From Pavona decussata (Eukaryota), in the NCBI GenBank assembly GCA_977016875.1, contig CDRNST010000122.1, forward strand, positions 3,596,001 to 3,660,000: 64,000 nt of DNA, read 5' to 3'. Under the pieces are notes generated by a model. The model worked only from the letters and a program-made list of their open reading frames with translations, was not told where the DNA came from and ran no database searches. A program made the position numbers and the translations under genes. The number at the start of each line of letters is the position of its first letter. Position 1 is the first letter of the stretch. Shown here one piece after another: positions 38,795 to 51,034 of the stretch.

Positions 38795-39280
38795 CAGTAC
38801 GGTCCAGTACCTAGTTGCAAAAATTCGACACGATCCACGTGGCATAAATCTAGAAATCCGACAACCGATTTGTCAACAGTTACTTCCAAAATCACTATAT
38901 ATATTACCTTCTCGTGATCACTTCTAGATGACCTTATGTTTTCGTTGTTTTATTTTAATATCCCCTTCTTCTTTGAGCCAACCTCGAATAGCTCAAAAGC
39001 CACCTACGGGTCCCCAATTTTTTTCCAACTAATGTAAAAGTTGTTTTAGTCAATAATGTATTTGCTGATACAGCTTTTTCAATTAACAGTTGTCGGATCA
39101 AAGCATAAAGCTGTAAGACAAGACCTGAAGATTCTGTGGATTTTTTTATGAATACGTTCATCAAAATCAGCTATGCCTCGTCCGTCCAGTGAAGATATAC
39201 GATGGCGAGCCATTTGGATGAAAGAAACGTTAGGATATCAAATGGATGAGGTGGCAGCCTCTTTGAAGATGTCTTTATAA
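38795..39280 (+). mobile_element. 5' fragment of an IS630/Tc1/mariner element
   Basis: TA|CAGTACGGTCC start; ORF 39173-39280 MPRPSSEDIRWRAIWMKETLGYQMDEVAASLKMSL* resembles a transposase N-terminal HTH (YSxDLRWR..W...G....VA..L.MS), truncated. Confidence 0.6.
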
Positions 39281-39375
39281 GCTTTGACCCGACAACGTTA
39301 ATTGAAATAGCTGTATATTGATTCTGGGAAAGTATAAGAGGCGAAAAAAGAGACAGACTTTAAAATTCATAGGGG

Positions 39376-40766
39376 TGCTAGTAAGATAAACACAATAAAT
39401 GCTTTTAAATAAAAAGTAATAAAATGACAAAATGAATAATTGAAATTTAATTTATTGATTTACCTTTTACAAACTTCAGTTCAATCTACATATTTGTATT
39501 ATATAAATGCTCTGAAATCGGTTTGTACTCCCAATAATTTAAATCCCTATTTAGCTGGTGTAGTATTTAGAGAACATTTTATAGAGACCCATTTTCAGCG
39601 ATAAACAAATAACTTTTTATGAAGGCATGAATGACAAACACCCTTTCCGTTATCACGCTGAATATTAATAAACAAAATGCAGTATAAATACTTTTATTTA
39701 GTCAAGGGCGGATCCAGGATGTTTTGAAAGAGGAGGGTTGTCAGTTGGCAGAGCTTTTATGGGAGTCAGGTGGTGTACAACACCAAAAATGTTTGAAAAA
39801 GTAGGGTTCTATAAAAAGCAAATCTGATGTTTTGAATTCTTCATGGTGGCTGGGAGGTTGCATCCGGGGGAAACCGGCACTCCTTGAATTATTATTATTT
39901 TTTTTTTTTTTCTTTTTGCCGTATATCGCATGCTTCTCCAAACTCTGATGCAATTTCAGACGATAAGTATGTAATTTCTCCATACCTGTTTTTCAGGTCT
40001 GGTGTGATAGTGGTCTCTAACACACATATTGTACATATCCATTTTTAGACGTCTGTCCAATGTTGCTAAAATCTATACTTATGCTAGTAAGAGAATTACA
40101 ATTAATGCTTTTAAATAAAAAGTAATAAAATGACAAAGTCAAGAATTAAAATTTAATTTCTGATTTACATTTTACAAACTTCAGTTCTACATATTTGTAT
40201 TATATAAATGCTCTGAAATCGGTTTGCGGTCCCAATAATTTAAACCCCTATTTAGCTGGAGTAGTATTTAGAGAACATTTTATGGAGACCCATTTTCAGC
40301 AATAAACCAATAACTTTTTATGATCGAAGGCATGAATGACAAACACCTTTCCGTTTAACTTACGCTGAATATAAATAAACAAAATGCATCATAAATACTT
40401 TTATTTAGTCAAGGGCGGATCCAGGATGTTTTGAAAGAGGAGGGTTGTCAGTCGGCAGAGCTTTTATTGGAGTCAGGTGGTGTTAACACCAAAAATGTTT
40501 GAAAAAGTAGGGTTCTATAAAAAAGCAAATCTGATGTTTTGAATTCCTCATAGTGGCTGGGAGGTTGCATCCGGGGGATACCGACACTCCTTGAATTTTT
40601 TTTTTTTTTTTTTTGCCGTATATCGCATGCCTCTCCAAACCCTGATGCAATTTCAGACGATGAACATGTAATTTCTCCATACTTGTTTGTCAGGTCTGGT
40701 GTGATAGTGGTCTCTAACACACATATCCATTTTTAGACCTCTGTTCAATATTGCTAAAATCTATAT
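39376..40766. repeat. Tandem duplication of a ~700-bp unit
   Basis: Units ~39376-40081 and ~40082-40766, highly similar by eye; each includes the left end CAAGGGCGGATCCAGG of a transposon. Confidence 0.95.
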
Positions 40767-41055
40767 ATAATTAGGCCAAACCGGCTCATTGGTGTGGCAC
40801 GTACATATGTAGTTGGTATAAGAGAGCACACCTCTAAGAGGTTGCAACCCTCTCCCGTTGGATCCCCCCTTGCTAATTTTTTTGTGTTTACTGAAAAATA
40901 AATAACCCCGACCCCGGCTGCTTTTGATTGAGATGGCAGAAAAAGATTGGAAAGTAATTAAACGTGTCAATCACAATTTTCTTTTTTCGTACATGCAAGG
41001 AAGAAAAAGCCGAGTCAACTTTGTCTTCTAATCACGGCGATTAACAGCCTGGCAT

Positions 41056-44000
41056 CTACATGCTTAGAAACAATGCCAAAGGGAAAACCATCGCCAGCAA
41101 CACTGTACTCGATACCACAACCATTGCACCACCCGTTGCAGCCGTTGCATTTGATGGATCTGTTTAAAAGAGGACGACAAGTTAAATATCTATAGCCGAT
41201 CAATGACAAGTTTTTGTTCACCGAGTGGTGACAAGAAACTTCAAAATTCCAACTAAAATAAGCCCTCCACAAAGCAGTCCCTCTCCTCCGTTTCTAAAAA
41301 TATAGTCCCTCAAATTTCATTAAGATGCAAAAATCTGTTCGATAATCCTCCCTCCTGCATATAAGCCGATGGAGTGCTGAAGCTGACTTAAAGGCTGTTC
41401 CGTTTTCAGTGGACTGTCAAAAGTATTTCGTAATTGCTTTAGTTAATTTGCTTTACTTCGCTCTGTAATTGGTTTTTCTAAGCAAAACTGGCGCCACTTT
41501 CTCAACTAACGAGAAACAAAACCAATTGCGACTTGTTCGCATGTGTTTTCCCGCCCTTGGAACCGGCTTCGAATTCCAACGGGTTCAATGCAATATTCGT
41601 TCTTAGCTAGAGTAATTACGACACTCAACTGAAAACGGTCTAGAGGCTGGGATGCTTACCAATCACAGTTAGTTGAAACCGCTGACAGCGACCATCGATG
41701 TTCGCAGAACAGTTTGATGGAAGACAGCAGTAGTAGTCTCCAGTGTCGTTGGTGGTCAAGTTTGTGATAGACAAGAGATAAGGCTCATATGTTCCATTGC
41801 GAGAAATTTTGTAACGTTCATCCCTTGAGGAATCTGCAAAAGACCAAGTGAAAATCAGTTATATTTACAATGCGCTTAAATTCTGAATTCTGAGAATAAA
41901 CAGTAAAGGAGACATTTTTTTTGTCCAATTCCACGGCCCTGAACGGGCTATAACTAGCGCATGGGTTCCCCTAATTCGTGTAAGTCTGGCGCCAGTGTAG
42001 CATCATGAAAAGAGCTAATCAATCGTAGGGTTACCCGGCATCACCTTATTTTAAGCTTTCCAGTTATATACGACTCACTTGTAGCAATTTATATAACTTT
42101 TGTATCTCTTGGAAGGAAGTAAAGTCAGCAGTCCAAGGAAACAGCACGATGTGAGGGCCATCGAATCTAATCGAACATCTGACATAGCCTCGTTCCCAAG
42201 CCTCATCGCGATTATCGAGGGAGCCGAAAATAATGTTCGGAAGCTTGGGGCCGAACTCGATCATGCCGATATAGCGTGTCTTCTCGATCCTTTCAACGGG
42301 TGACGCCACATTCGAATTGGGACGAGCCGTGCTACTGACGCAGAAACCATTGCATAACCGCTCCTCCGAACTCTGTGAAGGAAAACTGTAATCTGCCATT
42401 TTCGACTTTGAAGTTCTTCGCGCATTTTGGAAGACAATAACATTGACTGTAAAGCAACAAGAGCGGATGAGCATCATCCTCTCTTGAAAGCAAAAAGTCC
42501 CAAATGCAAATTTGGTGGAAGCTGGCGAACTGGTAAGGAATTGAGTCTCCGTTTGCTGCATAAATTTTAAAATTTTAAAAACTTAATGGAAATATTAAAA
42601 ACTCGAAATAATATTAATGACCACAGTGATAATGATTAAAAGTTTAGCTAAACTTAAAGGTAGTGAAGCGGAATAGAAATATTAAAAAAATTAAACTTTT
42701 AAATAAAGTTTTAAAGCATTTATTCAACCAACTTACCAATACACGCATCAACCATTCCTTTGTTTTCTTTCTTCACTTTCCATTCCACGTGTAAAGGGGA
42801 GCCTCTAGCACCACATTTCAAAGTTATGTTTTTTCGTATCATCCTAACATTAATACTGTTCTCCTCTTCATCTTCAAACCATGGCGCGACTGAAAATAGA
42901 AACACAACGCACACGTAGAATTGGTTAAATTAATTGAGATTTGTTCAGTCTTACTTCGCTCAAAAGAAAAAAAAAAACCTGTGGAGAATTGAGCCTAAGT
43001 ATTTGGACGCATCCTTTGATTCAGCTGAGGCGTACGGCAAAACCGTGCGGGATAGTGGAATGGGATGGTTAAATGAAGGCCACTGTGGCTCGAAGAAAAT
43101 GGAGCGAGCAAAAACGAGAAGGGACTTGGGAAGAGGCGGAAATTCGGGTGCTTCATCATGGCAGCTGATAACAGACAAACATTCTAATCACTCTAATGTA
43201 GCAGCGATACTGTCCCTTTAGAAAAGAGGAACACACAAGAGCGTAGCTGCCTGCCTGCTGTGACACCACCCCCTCAGCTACCACCAGGAAGAGTCTTAAA
43301 TAAAATTAGCACAATGATTCAGCAACATATTACAGACTAAATTTTCGGGAACAAAGTGTGACTTTTAGAAAACGTGCTCCCAGGTCCAAGTAATTTCCAC
43401 AAAAATAATCGATATTGAGGGCCAAACTCGAACTCAAACTACCCTAAGATGATTATTGAAATTATTACGTTGATTCACCTTTCAAACCGCACCGGTATCT
43501 CAGAGGTCATGGCTTCGAATAGGTCTTATCACCGCTTCTGAAAATTTCATGAATTGGAAAGTTTAGGCACTAGGAAAAGGATTTTACAGAAAATAACTGA
43601 GGAATGTAGCTGTGCTAGAAAGCATCTAGTTGGGTTTCGAAATTTTCATACATTTGTCTTTTAGCGAACCAGCCGTGAACTGCTACTAAAAATACTTCGC
43701 GGGAAAAAATACAGGGAAATGTATGGAAAGTTCAAAACACGACTGGACGCTTTCTGGCAAAGCTACATCCTTCCAATTTTTTTTTTTCTTAAAATTCTTT
43801 TCTTAGTGCCAAAAGTTTCCAATTCATGAATTTTTCATAAGCGATGTTTCATGAAAATTATTTTACAGCGGATTTCCATACAAAAACTGTTATTTCAAGA
43901 CGTGATTGCCTACTCGTCAAAATGGCGTCGAAAACCGTGAAAAGGCCTATCCCGGTCAAGCCTGAATATTTTCAGCCTTCTTTTTTTTTTTTTGCAACTG

Positions 44001-47000
44001 CTTAAAATGCGTACGTAACTGTTATGGCCCCAGTTGTTCAAAGGCCGGATAACTTTATCCAGTGGATATGTCACTATCCGACAGTTTCAATCTGTGCAAA
44101 GATTTCAGTATTTCGTCGTGTACAAGCGAATATGCACACTTTAACTACAGTCTAGTTTAGGAGTGAACGAAAACCTTGGACAACGTTTAACGTGAAGTAT
44201 ATTTTAGACCCCGAATAGTGCCTTATCCAGCGGATAAAGTTATCCGGCCTTTGAACAACTGGGGCATGGTCATTTCTTAATTCAAATTGTAATTACACTT
44301 ACCCCTTACAACAATGGTATCTCTGACACTGTATTTTCTGACACCACGAAGACGCATCTCTAGCACACAAGTGTAGTTCCCTCCATCTTTGAGGCTCACA
44401 TTCTTTATTACAAGTGGATTGAGATCCATTTTGCTAAGATATTGTCTCTGCACCTCCTTGCCATCTTTTAACCATGACATCTTACCCAGAATGGACTCTT
44501 GGCTTCCTCTGTCTTTTATGTTGCAATAAAATCTGGCCTCGTCACCATGTTGTAGAGGATTAACTGTGGTGGCTACAACTTTGGGGATTTCCTTTCCTGA
44601 AGACATGAAATTAATTTATAGAGTTATGATAACCACATGTTTTCTGTGACCTTCACTGGAAGGAGGCAGATTTAGAGGGACGGGGCAGAGATATTAGCTA
44701 AAACTGCAGAAAAATATCTCTGCATAAGGAGTCACAGCTCTTAATCGAAGCGACTAAGGTCTAATTCTCATTAAAATGAAAAGGATATTATTTAACACAA
44801 TTAAAGGTGAACTCAGTACACTTACTGTTAATGATCGTGACGCTAAAGCCAAACTTTTGAGGTGTAGAATCACCAATTGCGAAGGCGTGACACAGGTAAC
44901 GTCCCAAAGAAGTGTCATCTTGCATCGTAGCATTTCGAATGTGAAAAGTAACAAAGAGTTTGCGTCCATTGTCTGAAAACAAAAACGATAACTGAATTCC
45001 TTTCAGGAAACAAAGAATCGGCTAAGGTGGAATACCGCGGAAATCTACTCATGTGTATGGAAATTCAATCAGTTTTATCTTTACGAGAGGAGGTCGGGAG
45101 GCAATCATCAGAGCCCACAAGCCGACCCTAAATAGAGACGGGGGAGATACAACCTTCCAGCGATCTGGACAAGGCTGGTCAGGTCACATGTCACTTGACC
45201 TGACCAAATCACTGTGAACAAAACTATAGCAGAGTCGAAAGCTTAGAATTTTACTTTCAATACTGTGTAGCGTCAGAAATAAATCACAAAGTCAACCAAA
45301 ATTGTACATACCTACACAATTAACTATTCTGCTAAACGACAAGATTATCTCAGTTCTTATTTGAGGGGATTGGAGAGATGGGAAGAGTACATAGTCCTAA
45401 CATCATAGTTTGTGCCGGACTCAACGAGTCCTGTCACAGTAAAATAGTTGTAATTATTTCCCTTCCATATACATTGCTAACACTCTGCTCCCTCTGCTGT
45501 ACAACATGTGAACATCGTAGTCATGTCATTTCCCATAGCCCACGTTATGCTCGGCATTCAAAACAAAGTGGTTCCGTTGGATAAGCAACGTGAGATCCGA
45601 CATCTGAGACTACCTCGCCATGAAATCGAGGCGACAACTGTCAGTATACTATTAATAACCACCTTAGCAGTATTCACTAAAATTGCCAAAATATTTACCT
45701 TCGGTTCTGTTTGTAAAGTAAATATTGTCATTAGCTGTGAGGTAAGTGACTGTACCAGACTTTTCCCTCACGAAGAGAATTTTCTCAGGAATTTTGACAC
45801 CTGTGTGGTCAAAAGCTACACAAGTGACTTCTGCCGAAGTATGCTCCAATGGATACTGATTCTCTGGCCACGGTTGCTGCACTTGAAACGAACCTTCAAA
45901 TAATCAAATAAGAATCATAAACAATTTTTCTGCGAAAGCGAAACTCTCTTCCCACTGTGAACTAGCAACACATCCTCTGAGAGTGGGGGTAGGAATGGAG
46001 GGGGTAGGGGTAGGGTACACTGAGGTGGCGCGTTGCTCGTGGAGAATTTTCGTAAGAGAAATCAAACTGTAATGCCGAATGTGAGTCGTCGGGGTTTTGC
46101 TCAGAGTTTTCTTTGAGGAATATCTTCTTGTAGGGCTGGTCTTTGGAGGGAGCTTACGTGAAGGTGCCGTCCAACGACTTTTTCACCCTTGCATTCAATA
46201 GAATAGCGAAATTTTAAACTTAAAAATTCTTAAGGGATGAAAAAAGTCGACTGTAAAACGAGAACGTAGCCATCTAGTCCAAGTGTTAGAAAGGATGGGA
46301 AAGACTGAGTAGGACTTTCTGTTGTCCTGCTCCACCAATAACAAACTAAGGAAGATATTTTTGTCCGTAGGGTACAATATTTTATTTCATGCATGCGTTT
46401 AAAAGAGGTAACATTTCGGTGAAGGCTGACGAGAAAGGGTTAGGCTTTGTCAACCAGACGGTGAAAATAACTATCAACTGAATAGTCCCTCTAAAAACCT
46501 ACTATCATAATCACCATCTCTTTTGAGGGACAGTCATTATTAATACAGAACTAAACTGGAGTCAGTTTTCAGGACAAAGGCTTTATTTTGTGATACCGAA
46601 AAAGTTAACACTTACACGAGGCCTTTGCTTTTGAAGACGTGCCAGGACCGGTAGTTTTTATAAATAAAACAAAACCCACTCGACGAGCACGCGAGGCTCG
46701 CATGCAGATCACCAATCAAGTGGTCTTTCCGGTTTCTTCGCAAGAACTGAACGAGTAATGACACGAACATACACGGATAGTAAAGATGTTTTGAATTCCT
46801 GTGCTTTTTACCAAAATGTAAACAAACAAACAAACAAACAAACAAATTACCGAGAACTACGTCCACGCTTATTTGATGAAAATATTGAACTTATTCACGG
46901 TTCTTTAAACATCACTGATTGTACATTTTGGAAACTTTGTTCAAGGCTCAGTCGCGTGATGATGGCATCTTTATGCAGTGCGGTACATTAGCTTCAAGCT

Positions 47001-48297
47001 TCAGTCTCTGCAGGAGTTTCGTTAAGAATAACAGCCTTTTACCGATACCGGGATGTTTTGGTTGAATCTGCCAGTAATCATTTAACAAAAACGTTCAACA
47101 GTCAACCAAAGCCATTTGAATAAGTTAACCAAACCGCAACAGTCAGTCGATAGTAAAAGAATCTTATTTCTTCCCACTCGTCACCAGCCTTAGCGTGGTT
47201 TGGTTTTAGAGTAGTTTTCAGTCTTACAAACATAAGCTAGTCTTACAGAGGAGTCACAGTGTGCTTCATTTAACGATACTAAAGTGTCCGGCGCATAGTT
47301 CAGCGAAAGGTTGTCCTGCATATGTTAATCTGGTTTGACGATTTGTAGGCTAAATAGCTAAACACTAACTGAAGAACTTTGATGGATGTATATATGGATG
47401 TATGGATGTATTTATTTTTTATTTTTTATATACTGGATGTACTCCCAGCGTCTAAAACCTCACATTATATATATGAATATTTATAATAGGCAAAGACAGG
47501 AAGAATACCGTGAGCCTAGATCGACTGTTGGAAAAAAAAAAACCGGCATACAGTCGGTATTTCAGAAAGCATGCCTGATTTCATTGCGGCTCGGTCCATG
47601 GCTCAACAGACGTTTGCTAGCGCAGAGCTAGACATAAGTTCCAGTAGAGACTGTGCCCATTCTTTTTCAGAAAAGGAATTTTTCCACGCCGTGTACATTT
47701 TGGTCAATTTTTAACTCGAAAAGTTTGTTGTTATAACGACTATCGGGGAAAAAACCTTGCTAGAAATTAGAAACTTATAGATTCTGGTTTAAAAAATATA
47801 CGGTGGATCATAAAGTTTAATTTACGCACTGAAATCGATACGCTAAATTAAGATTAAATTGGATAAAAAGCCTTTTGACAGCTGAAACTGAGCTGCATGT
47901 ATAGTTTCATTTGTGTACATACACTGGGGTGGAGACACGTTTGTTCGAAAAGGGGAAAAGACAGCTTTCAAAAGAATATTAAGCTTATAAAAATTATACC
48001 CAAGAGAGCAAAATGTTCTATCCAAGGATAATAGAGTAATTAAAAACGAAAATCTCTTGATTATTTTCGAGACTAAAGAGCATAACCTTTCGTGAATTTT
48101 AAAAAAATTATTTTCGCACTGGAGGAACTCGATGATTAAAAAAAAAATGTTCTAGTTTTTCTCGAAATTAGAAAGGCAGTTTACTGTGGTCGTTATAGGA
48201 TATAACTTGACGAAGCCGGTATGTACTTACCACTGGCAGAACCAACTGAGGAAAACAAAACCAGCAATATGATCAAGCCACCTAAAACCACAGCCAT
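41056..48297 (-). CDS. Ig-superfamily protein B: signal peptide + 3 Ig domains + GPI-type signal, 377 aa (paralogue of A)
   Basis: Exons 48231-48297, 45699-45893, 44826-44972, 44303-44596, 42737-42889, 41660-41833 and 41056-41159; all GT-AG, phase 1, same intron positions as A. Signal MAVVLGGLIILLVLFSSVGSASG; tail DPSNATAATGGAMVVVSSTVLLAMVFPLALFLSM*. Confidence 0.88.
43486..44276 (+). mobile_element. tRNA-derived SINE interrupted by nested MITEs
   Basis: Removing 43521-43948 (AT TSD) restores the B-box GGCTTCGAAT|CCCGG. That insert holds a ~317-bp palindrome (43530-43846). A second MITE at 44027-44265 (ATG TSD) sits in the SINE tail. Confidence 0.75.
45934..45945. promoter_or_regulatory. ISRE/IRF-like element in intron 1 of Ig gene B
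   Basis: GAAAGCGAAACT; it lies ~40 bp from the exon-2 acceptor, so it could instead be part of a pyrimidine tract. Confidence 0.3.
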
Positions 48298-49345
48298 GAT
48301 CTTGCCAACAGGAGTATCGAAATGCAGTGAATTCTTGTTTCTGTAAAATGTCGAAAAATTGAAAATGTTTACAAACCTCAAGAAAGTTATAAATGCCGGT
48401 GTTTTATTAATAGCCATAGTTTTATTGGCCTATCAATCATATTCACGTCACGGGTGTATTACATTGGTTTTTCATCACATAGTGATCACACCTCCTTCCA
48501 CATGCTAGGCAACAACACATCCCAGAATCTTCTCAGCTGAACTTGGCTGATTTTTGCACGCTAACTGCATTGACTTTGCTGACTTTCATTTCAGAATAGG
48601 GGCCTGTTTCAGAATCATTGGTCCTCAGGCAGGATGCTGTTAAACAGAACTTTATCGGTTTAGAGAAATTTTAATAGTGTGTGTTGAGGGGGTGGAAAAG
48701 ATTTTTACGTCTCCTTAGAGACCTGCGCGCGTGAAATGCATGGTTACATCATGAGGGAAGGTGGCGTCACTATTTGGCGTCAATACTCGGGACGGTAAGT
48801 GAGAAAAGGGAAACTATTTGTCTTGTTATTGTTTCAGTAGAATGGTGTTTGGGTCGATCTTCATAATAGGAAAGCGTTTTTGCAGCCTCTCACAGAGAAA
48901 TTGAAAACAAAATTAAAACAGCAACGAAAAGGAGTGGAAACTCACCCCCTAAAGCTACATCTTCCCTGCATTTCCGATGCAAGCTTTCCACCGTCCGTAT
49001 TTGGTAGCCTGCATAGCAAGCGTTTCCGTGGATTTTAAATCCCACTTTCCGCACAGCGAAACGGCGCACGAAACCCTAAGAAAACACTTGCTTAATAATT
49101 TTTAATACTTCTATTGTGTAGATTAACAAAAAACGTGATCAAATGCGCATTATAAAATGAATAAATCTAAAATAAGAATGAGATAATATAATAATATAAT
49201 AACAGACATAAATATGGCAAGTAAATACTAAAAAACAACCTAATATAAAGAATAATATAATACATGCATCAGAAATACAAAGGTATACAAATAATAAGAG
49301 CTAAACAAAAGCAAAAGCAAGCTAAGATTAATTCAGTCCGACTAA

Positions 49346-49662
49346 AGGCCTGGCTAAACTAGGAAACATTGTCTCGGAAACACTGTTGTGAAGGCAAATG
49401 TTTCCCACTGTTAGCCGCGCGGGAAACATATGTTGCGGAAACAAATTTTGCTGCTCGGAACGGCAAGAAAATGTTTTTGCCTCAGGTCAAAAACATTTTT
49501 CAGTGCTGCCCGGACACAAATTTTGCTTCTGAAACATATTTTTTCCCAGTTTAGACACCGGGGAAGCAAAACATTTTGTTAGCTTCCCCCTAATTTAGCC
49601 ACCACGAAAACATAACAAGAAACAATGTTTCCGCAACAATGTGTCCTAGTTTAGCCAGGCCT
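49346..49662. mobile_element. MITE with TAA TSD (Tourist/PIF-Harbinger-like)
   Basis: TAA|AGGCCTGGCTAAACTAGGA ... TCCTAGTTTAGCCAGGCCT|TAA. Confidence 0.9.
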
Positions 49663-49671
49663 TAAGGAGTT

Positions 49672-49810
49672 GAAAATGCCTTGGTAAAAAATGCGCTTTA
49701 AGGTGACGTTTAAAAACCTCAATATCACTCTTGCTTCGCAGCTCTTCTGGGAGGGAGCTCTATAGTCTAGGAGCTGCGACAGCGAATGCCCTGTCACCTA
49801 GAGTCTTTTT
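49672..49810 (-). mobile_element. L2-clade LINE 3' end remnant
   Basis: Minus strand KTLGDRAFAVAAPRL*SSLPEELRSKSDIEVFKRHLK, the typical L2 ORF2 terminus; AT-rich tail continues to ~49090 beyond the MITE. Confidence 0.8.
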
Positions 49811-51034
49811 TGTGATTGATTCCTTTCGTGATGCACAGCAGAAGTTGCTTCCCAGGCTAGCATTTAGAGTTTGTATGTTTCAGTGGCAGTGCTCATTTCT
49901 CTTGATAATATCGACTATTTCAAAATGCGATAGTATTCAGTCAATAGTTAACGCAAATTCATTGAAATAGCTTTTCAAAAAAATTCTCGTTGCAGGTTGT
50001 CATCCTCGTGATAATGGGGACCGGTAAATAGTTTTCACCTCTACAACTAACTGTCGAGAAATGCACTTATTCATCGACGCCATCTCCATCTGTCTAACCA
50101 AATGATTCTATAATCCTAAAATCCCTCATTCGTACCAAACTCTTCATAGTTTCTGGAGTAGGCAATAGGGAAAACTAGTAGTGGTAGTGTTTTACGAATC
50201 ACACAAAACCTGCTTTCTGTTTCGAGATAAAGGAGCCTCATATCTATAGCGGTGTCAGATGTTATGTGATGGGGCCAATGTTTTTGTGACTCATGCATGG
50301 CAGACATTGTATTTGATTATTCATATTTTACCACTTTTACGGCAACAGATTAAGAACTTATTTTTATACAGCTGAGTTTAAAGCTACTTTCAGATAAAAA
50401 ATGCTTTGCTGGTGTAAGCGAACTAAACGGCAATAACCTTTTTCTCTACCAATATGCCCATTTTGTTTTAATCATAATGAGAGTGTGATCGCCGGCAGTA
50501 TATGCGCAATGATCTCAGGACCCATTAATAGAACGCCTCCTAATCACCGCAGAGCCTAACTTTAGGCAGCAGTTCATTGAGCCAATCACATCACAAGCTG
50601 ATAGCATAACGAACCAATCAGATTTCGACACAAGCGAAGGTCGCCGGCGCCAGGCGAGGGAAAACGCAGGTTAGCATGTCAAGTGTACATGGTTGAGGAA
50701 CAATCCTTGGAAGCCCTGGGAGGCGTACTCGGAGAATTGAGGATGTTTTCCTCACCTTTATTTAATCAGAGAGTGTATTGTAAATAAAAACGAAAGTAAA
50801 CGAAAATTTGATTTCGATTCTTACCACAGTTTAATACGAAACATTAAAATTATCCCTTTGCATGGTTATTGATTTTCTTGGCTTACTAAAATACCAATTA
50901 ACATAGTTTTGGTGATGAAAATTACGGGTAGAAGCATGCCTGATAACATAGTTTTGTTTACATATTTCATTACGTTCATAGCATAGTGAGGTTATAAGAG
51001 TTTACTGCTATTTTAAAAAGCCAATGACCTTGAC

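Noticed and set aside
42064-42561. 165-aa ORF in intron 5 of Ig gene B as a nested gene
   Set aside because: It crosses a repeat terminus (TAGCCTCGTTCCCA at ~42185), adjoins a SINE remnant, has no recognisable domain and has no counterpart in paralogue A.
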